Assembly (NCBI RefSeq): GCF_009914755.1
Contig: NC_060930.1
Strand: one strand, 5' to 3'
Origin: the human T2T-CHM13v2.0 reference genome, Homo sapiens
DNA: 64,000 nt
Below, piece by piece: positions 24,901 to 40,850 of this stretch; the stretch's first letter is position 1, and each line of letters opens with the position of its first letter. The translations under genes and the position numbers were made by a program. The notes under the pieces are model-generated. The model made no database searches. It was given only the letters and a program-made list of their open reading frames with translations, and had not been told where the DNA came from.

Positions 24901-26249
24901 GTCCCTCTCCCCTAAAACAAAAACATATCTCTGCTTTTTAATTTTGCCTCTATTTGATTGTTCTCTCTCTCTACATGCTCTCCATTCTTTCCTTTTCCTG
25001 TTTAAATCCTTCTAGTCCTCAAGGATCATTCCTTCACAGTCCAGTGAAGAACTGAGATAGCCTTGTGTGCCTCATGCCTCGGCAGACCAACTTCCAATGA
25101 CCAGCCAATCTCCTTCACTTCTTTTCATACTTCCCTGCACTCCTTCTGTCTCCTGCTTTTATTTTTTCTAATACTTCCTTGTACTCCTTGGTTGCTTATT
25201 GACAGCACCATGTGAGTTAGCACCTAACTTAGCACCCTTATATTGTTCCAGAATTAATAATGTATGTGTGCTAGTCTTCTCTCCTCAAGTAGACTGTAAT
25301 CAGAGACTGTGAGGAAAATTATTTTTTAATGTATATCTACGTGTGAAATTAAACTTATTTTAACATATGTTGTGCATAAAACTACCTCTGGTCTTTTTAA
25401 AAAGATACTAAGTGATTAAATTATTCACCTCATAACAAACCTGAAGATTTGCAAGCCTCACATCATCAAAAAGGCACAGGGTGCATAAAACTGTCAGAAT
25501 TTTGGAGAAGGGAGGTCACATACAAGAGCAAGAAGCTTAGAGCAGGGAGGGTGGTCCACAAAGAGAAACCATAACTAGAGTAACAGTTTTGATCTAGAAG
25601 GAGGATGTCCTAGGTTATTCCAGGAAGAGACAACAGACTACTTTGAAATAAAAGAAATAAGCAAAACAGTGAAATAGTAGATACTTGAACTCAAACCAAT
25701 ATTTGTAATTTTCATGGGGACTTTAATCATTTAGAACAGAAGATTGAAAAAATTAAAAGAAGATTGAATAGCCAGTGGCAAAGAGGGAATTAGGTCAAAG
25801 GTACATTACATTTCTTACAAAGAGACAATATATGGCAGGCCCAGCTTGGGGTGTGTGTGTGTGTGTTGTGGGTGAGGGGCCTGGAGGTGAAAGCCCAGCA
25901 GTGGGAAATGAAAAGAATTAAAGGTAGGGAGGCAGACAAGTACTAATAAGTGTAATGGCAGGTGAGAGGTAGCAGACAGGTAGGCTGAGAGGCAACTTGG
26001 AGAAGGTTTGGTGGCACATTCTAGGTACCTATTTATGTAAGTGGACATAGGCAAAACATAGTCTCTTGAGAGACTGGAAGGAGAAAGTGGGAATCTAGTT
26101 CCACCGAAATTCAGGTACAAGAATGAAAGCAGGTGTCTGCCTACTCTTTTCTGGAATACGAGGTCAGGTTTGGTGCTGTAACTGGAGGATTGATCACCAA
26201 CCACTGGTTAAAGGCCCTTATCATGCCCAGACCAGGAGAAATGGTAAAC

Positions 26250-26735
26250 CTTTTTAGTCTCCATAATCATGTGAGCCAACACTTGATTATGAAATGACTC
26301 AGTGTATAATAAATACTTTTTTCCCCAGGGTCAACTGTAGAGATACAGATACAGTTGACCCTTGAACCACCCGGGGGTTATAACGGGGTATCAATCCCTT
26401 GCACAGTTTAAAATCGGCATATAACTTCTGACTCCCCAAAAACTTAACTACTAATAGTGTACTGTTGACTGGAAGCCTTTCTAATAACATAAACAGTCAA
26501 TTAACACATAAATAGAATAGAATTCATGAATGCCTAATTTTTCTTAATTTTAAAAATATTTCTGGGCTACATAGTTTATCTGTGAGTTTTTTCAATCTTT
26601 TGCAAACCTCAAAAAAATTCCAATATATTTATTTTTGAAAATCTACAGACCCATAAGCTTCAAACCCATGTTATTCAAGGATTAACTGTATATAACTAAA
26701 TTGGTTCTGTTTCTCTGGAAACCCTGCCTAATACA
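26250..26735 (+). mobile_element. MLT2-like LTR 3' remnant interrupted by a Tigger2 MITE
   Basis: ctccataatcatgtgagccaa and ttggttctgtttctctggaaaccctgcctaataca. Confidence 0.6.
26352..26688. mobile_element. Tigger2-derived non-autonomous DNA transposon
   Basis: TIRs cagttgacccttgaac / ttcaaggattaactg flanked by TA; gactccccaaaaacttaactactaatag. Confidence 0.85.
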
Positions 26736-27847
26736 TCTTCTGTGCGTACTTTTCTTTTTAAAAGATAGCACCACTTGCCCTGGAGTTGTGGTCAGGGAAA
26801 GGGCAGGATTCAGAAGAAACATTATCTAACAGGCTTGGATTCAGCCCTCAATATTCTGGCAAAGTCACAGAGGCCATTCTTGATGCTATTTCTGAAACCA
26901 GCTCCTCTCTACAACCAGCTTGAGCACATGGCAGGTGCTCCATAAACAATTAATGGGGGTTAGACCATTCCATACGAATGTTAAAGAAGTTCTCATTTGC
27001 AAACTTTACTTGCAGGAGCCTGTTCACTGAATAAAAGATTTTTGCCTTGGTGGCAAGAATGTAAATGTCACCATTTTCTTTCAGGAGGTACACATTTCAC
27101 TTTAAATCAGCATGTATTATTCATTTCACTTTAATTCTGTGGTGCCGACCCTGGAATTGCATATCCCTACACTGCTGCTGACTTCCAAGTGCCTTCTAGG
27201 AATAAGGGCCAGTCTGAAGCTTCAAATAACATAACGCCTCACATCTCTCTATTTCCCACTAATTACGTGAGGTCACTTCATAAGCCTGCCAGAAACCCAG
27301 CTCCCCACTGGCAGAAGAGATACATCTGCTAGCACAGCTCTGAGCGGAGAATATGTTTCATCCCTGAAAATATGTGCTTAAATATTTAATAAAAGCATAA
27401 ACTTGAAGAACTTATGGCAGCTGTAGGGAGAGAAGCTGAATAGAAGGCAAAAACAATCTTCATTTGAGGAGATTAAAAGAGTTAAAGAAATGTGTATGGT
27501 ATTATACAGCTTTATGGTAAACAAACACTCCAGGCAAAAATGAAGAAAAAAAGACACACAGAGTGCTTGCCCATGCAAAGAAGAAAACACAGTTTAGAAT
27601 ATTCTAGAAGTTCAAGTTTGAAGCAAAATCCAAGTTATGTCAGCACTAACCACTGTCTATATAGCCTTCCATACAAATCAGCCCTGCTCCTCAGGAAGAC
27701 AGATGGCTCAGTATACAACACGTACATAACCACAACCTGAGCTGAGAGGGACCTGCCGCAAGCAAAGAAACAAGGCTTCCTCAGAGAAAAGATAAACTGT
27801 GCTCTTTTTAAAACCCACTGGAACTGCTGCTCCCCTTGGCAACCCAG

Positions 27848-27867
27848 GGTACAGCAGGGGGCATCGG
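27848..27867 (+). promoter_or_regulatory. Candidate CTCF motif
   Basis: acagcagggggcatc is close to CCASYAGRKGGCRS, in non-repetitive GC-richer DNA. Confidence 0.35.
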
Positions 27868-28498
27868 CATCTTCCAACATACAGGCAACCAGCTGTACAA
27901 CCTTGGCAGAGCAGCTGGTAACCACAGCCAGGCGGCTGTGTGTCATTACCTCAAGCCTCCAAACCCCAGGGTGGCTCCCCGGTCCCCTAGGCTGTCGCAG
28001 GCGTGGCAGGAGCTGCCTTCTGAAGGCTCAGGGTTCTGCATTCCTGCGCTGTCTTGGGGCAGGAGCATTAGTCAGCCTTCCTGAGCACAGACAGTACCAG
28101 ACTTGCCCATCCGTGGCTTATAAATAAATGATCCAGGAAAGACACAGAAGGTCACTCCTGCCAGGTTAAAGGTAGCACTCACATTCTGTTTCCAGGAAAG
28201 TCCGAATGAAATAAGAGAACATTGAGAGGATCTGTGGATGCTCAAAGCCAGGCAAAATCTGTGGAAATCAAGAGCAGCTTAGAGGATTAACCTCAATCGC
28301 CACTTAAAGCAAGCATCTCATGAATAAGTCATTCACTTTTTTGGGATTCGTTGCGATCAGCTTGTCTTCTGCATACTTGAGATCTTGTTCAGTGAGAAAA
28401 TCCGTGTTATGACTGGGGTTAAAGGGTTTATATTTTAAAGTGCAGTATTTTAGGAAATAGGACTGATCTGGGGTGAGGCAAAATAATGTCCTAAGCTA

Positions 28499-29342
28499 TG
28501 TAAACCAAAAATAAAATTCTAAGGCCCCCAACCAACTGAACAGACCCTCTCATGGCCAAGGGGATCCCAAAGAGACCTGAAAAACTAGTTCAGGCCAAGA
28601 CAGCAAGGGCGGTTGGATAGACACTCCTGCCTTGTTATGCCCTCCTCCCTTAGGAGTTTAGGCACAATTGACCAGTATTAATATAAAATAAAGATCATAG
28701 ACTGACAAAACAGACACTTTGCAGCAATAAGATACAAAATTCCAACCTGACTCTGGTATAGCGTCACATGATAGATAGCAGTCCCTGAGGGAAATCAAAG
28801 TATTTTACTCCAAAATGCGTTTTTTGACATATTTTGAAATGGCTCTCCTTTCCCCTACTAGGTCTTTTCTGGAGAGTGTCACACCTTTTAAGGTCAGATA
28901 AAAGACATTTAAGATATTTACAATCTATTCTCTCTGAAGGTTGCTACCTGGAGGTTTCATCCACATGATAAGAACCTTGGCTTCCATAACCCTCTTATCC
29001 TAGCTCAAGCATTTCTTTATGCTGACTTCAACTCTTCAGGTATAGCTTAACTCATTCAACCAATTGCCAGTCAGAAAATCTTTGAATCCACCTATGGAAG
29101 CCTCCCTGCAACAACCTCAATCCTGCTTTGGGCTGAACCAATGTATACCTTACATGTATTGATTTGTATCTTTGCCTGTAACTTCTGTCTCCCTAAAATG
29201 TATAAAACAAAGCTGTGCCCCAACCACGTTAGGCACATGTTCTCAGGGCCTCCTGAGGCTGTGTCATAGGCCATGGTCCTTGACTTTGTAAAATAAACCT
29301 CTAAATTAATTAAGTCCTGGCTCAGATACTTTTTGATTTATA
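28499..29342 (+). mobile_element. MER4-family solo LTR (MER4D/E-like)
   Basis: tgtaaaccaaaaataaaattctaagg...cacatgttctcagggcctcctgaggctgtgtca...aataaacctctaaa. Confidence 0.85.
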
Positions 29343-30007
29343 GACAAATAAGAGACTATCGAATATTCCTTTTTCCAAAATAATTCCAAGGGCCAACCTA
29401 CACAAATGACAGCAGACAGACCTTTGGACTTCATTTCTGCATTCTGAGCCTCCTGCTCCCCAGGTTCAGATTTTAGGCTTGCTATGTGAGTCTTATGATT
29501 TATGATTTGGTGATGTTCGCAGTTACATTAACGTTTATAGTTTGGATGGGAACCTACTCACCACACATAAGAATGTTTCTCCAAGAAACACTTTCCAAGT
29601 TCTCCACAAGTGACTTAATAAAATAAACTTTTAGAAAGCAATGTTTGTAAATTGGTAGCAGCTTATATCTAATATATTAGACCAGCTTATTTTCCATAAT
29701 GAATTTTACATAGTATCAAACTAAATTTTCCCCCAAATTTCATACTCTACATTATCTATCACTCATTTATTTGCTAGTTTATTGGGTTCTTGCAAGATGT
29801 TATGGATTTAGACATGCATAAGACTTCCACCCAGCTTTTAAGGATTTTGTACTCTGAAAAATCAACTGCCGTACAACTAAGGAAGGGCGGGGATTAAAGG
29901 AAGAACAAGATGCTTCCTTGAGAAGGAGGATTCTGGGGAAGCATAGCAAGAAACCTTGAAGAGGAAGTGACTCCAGACTCCTATCTTGAAGGACGAGAAT
30001 ATTATAT

Positions 30008-30361
30008 CCTATGGTCGGAATGTTTGTGTTCTTTTGAAATCCCTGTGTTAAAATTCTACCCCCTCAAGATGATGATATTAAAAGGTAGGGCCTTCAGAAG
30101 ATGATTCAGACATGAAGATAGACCCATTATGAATGTGATTAGTGCCTTTGTAAAAAGAGGCTGAGGGAGTTTATTTGCCTCTTTCATGAGGACACGGAGA
30201 GAAGTTGCAACCCAAAAGAGGACCCTCACCAGAACCCAACCATGCTGGCACCCTGATCTTGGGCTTCCCAGCCTCTAAAGCTGTGAGAAATACATTTCTG
30301 TTGTTTATAAGCCACCCGGTTAATGGTATTTTGTTACAGCAGCCACGGTTGACTGAAGACA
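30008..30361 (+). mobile_element. MLT1A-like LTR
   Basis: ctatggtcggaatgtttgtg...ccatgctggcaccctgatcttgg...gactgaagaca. Confidence 0.85.
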
Positions 30362-32489
30362 TTAAACTTCTTCTGAGGAACATCCTTGTACAATATTCTC
30401 TTATAGGGTGGGGCTTGAGTCTACTATTAATGCTTACCATTTAAAAAACATTTAAAAAAGTTACTAAGAGCTGCTATAATCTGAAAAAACCCTGGACAAC
30501 ACTATCTAGCTACCTCCCCTACAAGTCTCTTCCCATGCCACCATGTCCAGTGAACCATTTGATTTACTTTTTGAATTTGATTGGGATTTATCTTATTGGA
30601 GGTACCTAAGCAGAAAGAGTCCTATCAAATTTCTGGTTACTCTGAAAACAGTGGGCCCATGGCTTTAGAGGCATCTAGTGGTAACAAAACCTTGACATGT
30701 TTTGTGACAGATTTCCCACTTCCCTGTAATATCTATGTGTCTTCAGGGTTAACTGAGCTGCTATACCTCACAAAGAACAGTCAACAATGGAATTTAACAT
30801 TTGTTGAATATTTAAATGCAATCATTAATTTAGGGAATATTTCAAATATCATATAGGCAATAGAATTTTGTCAGCAGGTACACTTATGGTCCATCAATAT
30901 AATTTCAATTAGTGCTTCTCAAGTGGCAGGCAAATGTGCAATGCTGTGCCATTAATGGGCCATAGGAGTACTTTCCTTGGCCCTTATAGCAGTCATGTGG
31001 GACCCTGAGTTCCTGGGCCAGTGGCAATGGCATCTTTATCCATTTGTCCAAATAGCATAAAATATTATCATTTTCTAAGTTTGCATGATTTGAAAAATGT
31101 TTGAGAAGCCTTAGTTTGTACTAGAAGTTCGTTAACGAGCCTGACCAATGTGTCTTTGACCTCTCATTGTGCTGGACATAGGGTAAGATGCAGACAAACC
31201 CCCATGACCCGAAAAGCTCTCAGAAACACTAAGCTGAGCTTTATGATCACTCATTCCAACCATATGCGAAGAGTGCTTCAAATTCTGTTTGATGATGATG
31301 ACGGTGAAGTCTAGCCTTCACTCTGAGATTCATACTCATCTGGACAGAAGAGAAGTTGAATCAGCTGCAGTCTACTCTTTACTGTTCCATCTACCTCAAA
31401 ACCGCCCCAGCTGGCTCCATCTCTAAAAGAAGCAATTGAAAAAGAAATCCTATTATAAGCAGACAACTTTAGTTTGTTTTGACTCATGAATAATCAAATA
31501 AAAGATTCTGAAAAATATATATCATATAAAGGGGTAGTGTTGATACAAACCTGAGGCCAATGTAGTGTCAAAACTCCTGCTTAGTAATCCAATGGGAAAC
31601 TCAGTTGTCAAAATCCTCCCAGAAATGATAGTAAATGAGGGACAGTGAAGAAAGGCAGTGGTACTGTTCAGTGTAGACATGTGTTAGCGGTAATGATGGC
31701 TCTGTGGTAGCTTCTAGGGCCCTTTTTATAACAGAAAATAGAAGGCTCACTGAACTGTCCACCCAAAAGACTACACTGTTGGCATGTCATCACTGTCACC
31801 TCCCTCCCTCACACTGGAACTCTGGACAATTGGCATTCATTTTCTACAGAAGCCAAAGACATGAGGAACAATGGGACAGAGGGCACATGGAAACCACCTC
31901 ATCTTAGCCATTTTATGCCAGTCTTTACCCCTATATGCTCTTCATTTCAGACTGAGGAGTTGCACTATCAGACAGATCAGAACCAGCAGTTCTCTTCTTC
32001 AGCTTGTTTGACAAGACCTGTTATGCCTTTGAAATGAGAGACCACTGACCCAGGATGCAAGAGTCATCTCAATGGGCCTACAACCAGGAAGACTGGCTCA
32101 GCAGCCTGACAGCACATTGCCTGGAGACACATGTGATGTTAACAACCAGAAGAACCCATGTTTTCAAAAAGATAAGATTTGTGCATTATGAAGTCCCAGA
32201 CCATTAGGGAGGATATTTTCTCAAGTCTTTAAAGGTAGCAACATAGAGGAATTTTTCTGAGGTTGAATCCTAGATAGTGCATGTTGTGAGATAACAGTTG
32301 ACACTCAAAAGCAATTTCTCAGGAAGTGCTCATGATTATTTTTTCTAACACTCATGTACATGTTGGAACAGAATAGAAAGAAAAACTCTATGTTGGGTGG
32401 CCACAAGAGTGATACAAGACTCATGAGGCAAATCAAAGTTTTAAAAATAACGCTTTGCTTTACATTAATCCTGTTGATAATGCAATATA

Positions 32490-32597
32490 GAATGTATATA
32501 TATATGATGTACTCAATCTACATATATATCATATATATGATATATGTGCACACATATATACTTGACATATATACACATTATATGTACATATATACAT
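32490..32597. repeat. (TA)/(CATA)-rich low-complexity tract
   Basis: Degenerate tatatatg/cata repeats. Confidence 0.7.
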
Positions 32598-34615
32598 TGT
32601 GATGGTTAATTTTACGTGCCACATTTACTGGGCTAAGGAATGCCCATATAGTGGGTAAAACATTATTTCTAGGAACCCAGAAATAAATCCACATATTTAT
32701 AGGCAACTTATTTTTGACAAAAGTGCCAAGAACATTCATTGGGAGAAGGACAGTCTCTTCAATAAATGGTACTGGGGAAACTAGAGATCCATATATAGGA
32801 GAATGAATCTAACCCCCATCTCTCACTATAAACAAAAATCAACTTAAAATGGATTAAGTGCTTAAATGTAAGACCTGAAACTATATGAAATTAACAGAAG
32901 AAAACACCAGGGAAATGATTCAGGACATTGTTCTGGGCAAAGATTATATGGAGAAGACCTCAATAGAACAGGCAACTAAAGCAAATATAGGCAAATGGGA
33001 TGATATGAAACTAAAACCTTTTGCACAACAAAGGAAACAATCAACACAATGGAGAGACAACCATCAGAATGGGAGAAAATATTTGCAAACCCTTCATCTG
33101 ATAAGAGATTAATAACCAGAATATGCATGGAACTCAAACAACTCACCAGCAAAAACAAACAAACAAACAAACAAATAATCCCAACAAAAAGTGAAGAAAG
33201 GACTTGGATAGACATTTCTCAAAAGAAGATATACAAATGGCCAGCAGGTGTATGAAAAAATGCTCAACACCATTCATCATCAGGGAAATGCAAATCACAA
33301 CCACAGCAAGATGTCACCTCATCTCATTTAGAAAGACTATTATTAAAAAAGACAAAGGTAAATGTTGGCAAGGATGTGGAGAAAAGGGAATGCTTATACA
33401 CTGTTAGTGCGAGTGTAAATTGGTGCAATCTTTATGGAAAATAGGAACTGGTTCCTCAAAGAACTAATAATAAAACTACTACATGATCCAGCAATCCCGC
33501 TATGGAGTATATATCCAAAGTGAAGGAAATCAGTATGTCAAAGACATATTTACACTCCCATGTTTATTGAAGTGTGTTCACAATAGCCAAGATATGGAAT
33601 CAGCCTCAATGTCCATCAACAGATGAATGCAAAAAGAAAATGTGATATATACAAATACTATCCAGTCATAAAAAAAAAACAAAATGCTGTCATTTATGAC
33701 ATCATGGATGAACCTGGAAGACACTATGTTAAGTGAAATAAGCCAGGCACAGAAAGACAAATACTGCATGTTCTCACTCAGGTGGAATCTTAAAAAGCAT
33801 CTCATAGAGAGTCGAAAAGTGGTTACTAGAGACTGGGAAGGATGTTGAAGTAGGAAGAGGATATCCAGAAGTTGCTTAATGGATACAAAATTACAGCTAG
33901 ATAGGAAGAATAAGTTCGAGAGTTCTACAGTACTGTAGGATGACTACAATTAAAATAAATTTGTATATTTTCAAGTAGCAAGAAGAGCAGATTACAAATA
34001 TGCCCAACACAATGAAATGATAAATGTTTGAGGTGATTGGACATGCTAATTACTCTGATTTGATCATTATATGTTGCATACATGTATTGAAATAGCACAC
34101 TGTATCCCATAAATATGTACAACTATTTTGTGTCAATTTAAAATATTAATAAAAGCAAAAAACAAAAATCACTGGGTGTGTCTTGAAGGTGTTTCCAGAA
34201 GAGATTAGCATTTGAATCAGCAGAATGAGTAAAGAAGATTGCCCTTACCAATGCAGCTGGCCGTCATCTAATGCTTGAGGGCCAGAGCAGAACAAAAAGG
34301 CAGAGTATGGCAAATTCACTCTCTCTGTCTGAGCTAGGGCAAAAATCGCCTCCTGCCCTTGGACATTGGCTCCCCCAGTTCTCAAGCACTCAAACTCATA
34401 TTGGGAGTTGCACCATCTGCATTCCCGGTTTTCAGGCCTTTGGACTCAGGCTAAAATTTCAGCACTGGCTTTCCTGATTCTCCAGCTTTGTGGATGGCAG
34501 ATTATGGGACTTCTTAGCCTCCATAACTGTGTGAGCCAATTCCTTAAAATCTCTCTCTTTCATTCTCTCTCTCTCTCCTATTGGTCTGTTTCTCTGAAGA
34601 ACCCTAATTAATACA
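32598..34615 (+). mobile_element. MLT2 LTR split by an L1 insertion (LTR parts 32598-32672 and ~34170-34615)
   Basis: tgtgatggttaatttt start; resumes ctgggtgtgtct...gagattagcatttgaatcag; ends gaaccctaattaataca. Confidence 0.85.
32673..34169 (+). mobile_element. 5'-truncated older L1 (L1MA-like), ORF2 end and 3' UTR
   Basis: [18 protein letters not shown] peptides; L1MA-type 3' UTR; A-rich tail. Confidence 0.85.
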
Positions 34616-35139
34616 TCCATACATACGTATGTCTTACACACACAGATGTGTTTGTGGTCATTTCATCTACAAGAGGAATGGAGTCATAGGAATAAGCTCC
34701 TTCACTTCTGTACATACATACATACATACACACGTGTACGTATGTATAATACTATACTTATTCATATGTGGTTCATTCATCCCTAAAACATGAGAAGGGG
34801 CTTCTGGAAAGACAGCAAACTTAAAATAATGCAAAAAAAGAAAAAATAAATTAAATTACATCAATACCTCAAAGAAATGCTAAAATAGAAATTTACTCAA
34901 ACCAGAGAAAAATTGTATTAGTGAATTAGAAATGTGAGTTGTTATTTGACTTCTTGAAGACAAGAATTGATTTTAAATTAATTTGCATAGGGTACTAGAC
35001 ATTAGATACAAGGCTTGCCCAGACCATTTTTACATGTGAGGTTCTTGAGAACAAGCAGATAATTATGTTACATCAACTGGATGCTTAAAGTAGAAAAACT
35101 CAACAGCTCTGAATTATTCTCACCCAATTTGCACTAACC

Positions 35140-35360
35140 GTAGGGAGGCAGCATCATGTTGCAGAGAACAGAGCCTAAACTGGGGAATCTGAAAGACACG
35201 GATTTAAATTATGGCTTCATTATTTACTAGCTGGATATATTGTTTATTTTGAGGCTCAACTAATCTGTATAATTCACAGACAATTATCTCACAGTTTTTG
35301 TAAACAGAAGATAGTATTTGACATTCCTAACATATATTTTAAACACTCAGCAAATATTTA
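35140..35360 (+). mobile_element. MIR fragment
   Basis: gggaggcagcatcatgttgcagagaacagagc...ggatttaaattatggcttcattatttactagctg. Confidence 0.5.
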
Positions 35361-36072
35361 TTCTTATTCTTTCACCCCTCAATTATGGTGATGCACTGAT
35401 CTTTGTCCAAGTGTCCAAAATAGCATATGGAAAGTCCACAGAACAGTATTAACAGTATTAAGGAGTATACTAGATACTTTCACAATTATAGCGACTCTAC
35501 TTAATACTTCCTTCAGTCTTGTATGACGTATCCCATTTTATAGATGAGTAAGACCAGACTCTGAAGGGCCATATTCAAGAGCTGGACCAGTGTAACCACA
35601 AAGCTCTTCTCCCATGCATCTAGTTGCCCTCACTCTCTGTCGAGGCAGCATTTGTTCTATCGGCGGGGGTGTCTGCTCTCTTAGGCAGGAGTATCACAAT
35701 CCATGCTGTAAAGAGTCCTCCCAGGCTCTGCCCAGGCTAAGAATTCATGTAGGCATCCATGCAATAGATATTTATTTATTGAGCATTTCCTGTATGCCAG
35801 GCACTGTCACAAATACTGAAAACTGAATCCCCTGAAGATATTTAAATATACCAGTAGGTTGGGGCCTAAATCTTTAGTTTTCTCATTTCTACTGCTGTTT
35901 CCCCAGAGTATAATGATAACTTTGCTGATAACCATGTCCAAACATCACTGTATCCCATGTGACTCTAATGTCCCTGAGTCTTTGTGGATGCCATGTAAAA
36001 ACAAAATGACTTATTTCATATACCCTTTTGAGAACTACAACTTAGACTGCAAAAAAGAGGTTACCCTTTTCT

Positions 36073-37144
36073 TTTTTTTATTATACTTTAAGTTCTAGGG
36101 TACATGTGAACAATGTGCAGGTTTGTTACATATGTGGACATGTGCCATGTTGGTGTGCTGCACCCATTAACTCGTCATTTACATTAGGTATATCACCTAA
36201 TGCTATCCCTCCCCCCTCCCCCCACACAACTACAGGCCCCAGTGTGTGATGTTCCCCTTCCTGTGTCCATGTGTTCTCATTGTTCAATTCCTGCCTATGA
36301 GTGAGAACATGCGGTGTTTGGTTTTTTGTCCTTGCAATAGTTTGCTGAGAATGATGATTTCCAGCTTCATCCATGTCCCTACAAAGGACATGAACTCATC
36401 CTTTTTTATGGCTGCATAGTATTCCATGGTGTATATGTGCCACATTTTCTTAATCCAGTCTATCACTGATGGATATTTGGGTTGGTTCCAAGTCTTTGCT
36501 ATTGTGAATAGTGTCGCAATAAACATACATGTGTATGTGTCTTTATAGCAGCATGATTTATAATCCTTTGGGTATATACCCAGTAATGGGATGGCTGGGT
36601 CAAATGGTATTTCTAGTTCTAGATCCTTGAGGAATCACCACAGTGTCTTCCACAATGGTTGAACTAGTTTACACTCCCACCAACAGTGTAAAAGTGTTCC
36701 TATTTCTCCACATCCTCTCCAGCACCTGTTGTTTCAAGACTTTTTAATGATTGCCATTCTAACTGGTGTGACATGGTATCTCATTGTGGTTTTGATTTGC
36801 ATTTCTCTGATGGCCAGTGATGATGAGCATTTTTTCATGTGTCTGTTGGCTGCATAAATGTCTTCTTTTGAGAAGTGTCTGTTCATATCCTTCACCCACT
36901 TTTTGATGGGGTTGTTTGTTTTTTTCTTGTAAATTTGTTTGAGTTCTTTGTAGATTCTGGATATTAGCCCTTTGTCAGATGAGTAGGTTGCGAAAATTTT
37001 CTCCCATATTGTAGGTTGCCTGTTCACTCTGATGGTAGTTTCTTTTGCTGTGCAGAAGCTCTTTAGTTTAATTAGATCCCATTTGTCAATTTTGGCTTTT
37101 GTTCCCATTGCATTTAGTGTTTTAAACATGAAGTCCTTGCCCAT
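36073..37144 (-). mobile_element. 5'-truncated L1PA (~1.07 kb)
   Basis: ORF2 C-terminal peptides and L1PA 3' UTR; TSD gag(g/t)ttacccttttct at 36057-36072 and 37145-37160. Confidence 0.95.
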
Positions 37145-38471
37145 GAGTTTACCCTTTTCTACAGTCAGGTAAGTGCTGAGTGAAAATTGCTTGGATGATG
37201 GGCTTAATGTAAAGTGGTGAGTTCAATGTGTAAGTGTTTCTCATTGCTGCATGTGCACCATTTCATGCATGAAGAACATGAGAAATGAATGACATCAAAC
37301 AGGAATAAAATACTGCAAAGTACCTTATTTTTCACTATCAAGCTGAAACACCAATAGTGTGGCAGAGAATTTCAGTAAGCAACTACCAGAGGGGCTCCTC
37401 ATAACACAAAAAGTCAGCAGAAGTACCGCTCTTGGTATCTTCCTTTGGTATAAGAGTTATCAGTCAGGAGCACTTCTGACACTCTCTTGAAATTCCAAGC
37501 TGCTCTCAGAGACATGGGGGAGGGAGGTTCTTAGGATTATAATTTTAGAGTCAGCCAAAGCTACTTTGGGAAGCAGCTTCCAGTATGAAGACTTTTTGGC
37601 CAAATAGAACATCCCAAACCTTTTCCACCTTCATAGGAATTGCAGCAGTACCCTAAAGTTCCAGGGTTTCTTATGGCTCATTCAAACCACACTACCTCAA
37701 AGCAGCACTCTTCTCTCTTGCTGATGGAAATGAGTTTTCTTGGTGGCTATTCAATCCTGATCAACACTTTGGGCATTGTGGGATAAACTTCTGCCCAGCA
37801 ACCCAACATGCCCACCAACCTAGAAGTGTATATTGGGGAGCAGGAAGACCATGGGCAATGGAGAGAACCCCTACTATTCACTCAAAACATTCAGTGAGCA
37901 GGATTCTTTCATCTCAGGCTAGGAAGCATGCTTCATCAGTTATCTCATCATCCTTTTTACTTTATGATGCTTAAAGTATTGACCTCTTTGTTCCAAATTC
38001 TATTCCTGAAAGCTCTCCAACATGGTACATAATTTCTTCCATTTGTTGGGTGAGTGTGCATCACATAAACCCACATATGCAACTGTGGGAAATGAAGAGG
38101 AAAATGATGTCACAAAGCAAAGGAAATAAGGCTGCTGCAAACCACAAGTCAATACAGAAGCATCAGCTAACCATTTACGACCAATCATTAGTTTTTGTGT
38201 GCAGGTGGAACAGATAAGATATGGAAAAGATAGAGAGTTCTCTTCCTGTCTATGAATCAACTTACCTTGGTCAAGATTTCTTTTGGGAGGAAAAAGAATT
38301 TTTTTTAATGGGCAAGAACCTCTTTCTGTTTAATTTTCTTTAGGCAGTCTCTACGTGACTCTTCATAAAATCACAAATAATGTTTACCATTGCTCATACA
38401 GATGACAACACAAGCTTTCTCAAATACCTAAGAGTTATTCAGAAAGGTTTCTGATACAGTTGAAATGTGCC

Positions 38472-39192
<721 letters not shown>

Positions 39193-39653
39193 TGTGCTGT
39201 GCTGATTCTGCATTTGATGGATCTGTGGAGTTGATGAGGGGGAGTGGATGTGGAGTGAGAAGGACATGGGGCAGTGGCTCCTCGACACACATGCATACAT
39301 GCACACACATGCACACTCACACTCCCATCAGCCCCCAGAGGTGTAGTCAGGAATCTTTCAGGGTCTTCTGAGCAGTCTCACACTTGGGACACCAACTAAA
39401 AAGTGTCTTGGTGGAAAAAGAGGAAGTCAGTGGGGTAACATTTTCCCGTGGACATACATGTCTTTCTCATTATGTCACTGTCACGGCCCTGAAACTTATC
39501 TTAGATGCTACCATTGCAGGCATTTTAATTTTTAATAATCTGTCGTATTTGGCAGCAGCAAGGATAACATGTTGACAAAGAAAGGACTGACTGCATAGTC
39601 TCTAATCAACTATTTGGATCACAAAGTAATTATGCAGAAATAAACCCCGGAAT

Positions 39654-40049
<396 letters not shown>

Positions 40050-40510
40050 CTAAGGAAGCCACAGATGTACTGTTGAGCTGCCTTGGGTTTGGGGAATTGC
40101 AGCCTCCTGGGGGGATGCATAACTCGCTTTTCCTGAAAAACAGCTGGTAACTGCTGTCTCGCCTGCAGGTCGCTCTTGCTATTTTGCCAATCCAGGTATT
40201 TCTTTTGGATATTCAGGGGTCTTGCTAATATTTTATATCTGTCCTCTTCCCTTTGGTAATGCTCCCTGCTCTGATCTGATGGAAAACCCTCAGTGAAGAT
40301 CTGCTCCTGAAGTTCATAGGTTCCTCACCCAGGTCCTCCATTCAAAAACTGGCCAAGGCTCCCAAGGCTTTCTAGGCTTATGGATATTCCTCAAAATTGA
40401 CACAACACATGCAAAAATGTGCCTACAATGATCTCCTCTACAGGGAGCTCAAGACTTCATTTCTGTCAGGACATTTGGAGAATGGCGGGCTTGATTAAGA
40501 ATGTGTACAG

Positions 40511-40850
<340 letters not shown>

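Noticed and set aside
22600-25300. Possible MIR/L2 fragments or exons in AT-rich DNA
   Set aside because: Too degenerate to delimit by eye; no supportable ORF or splice pattern.
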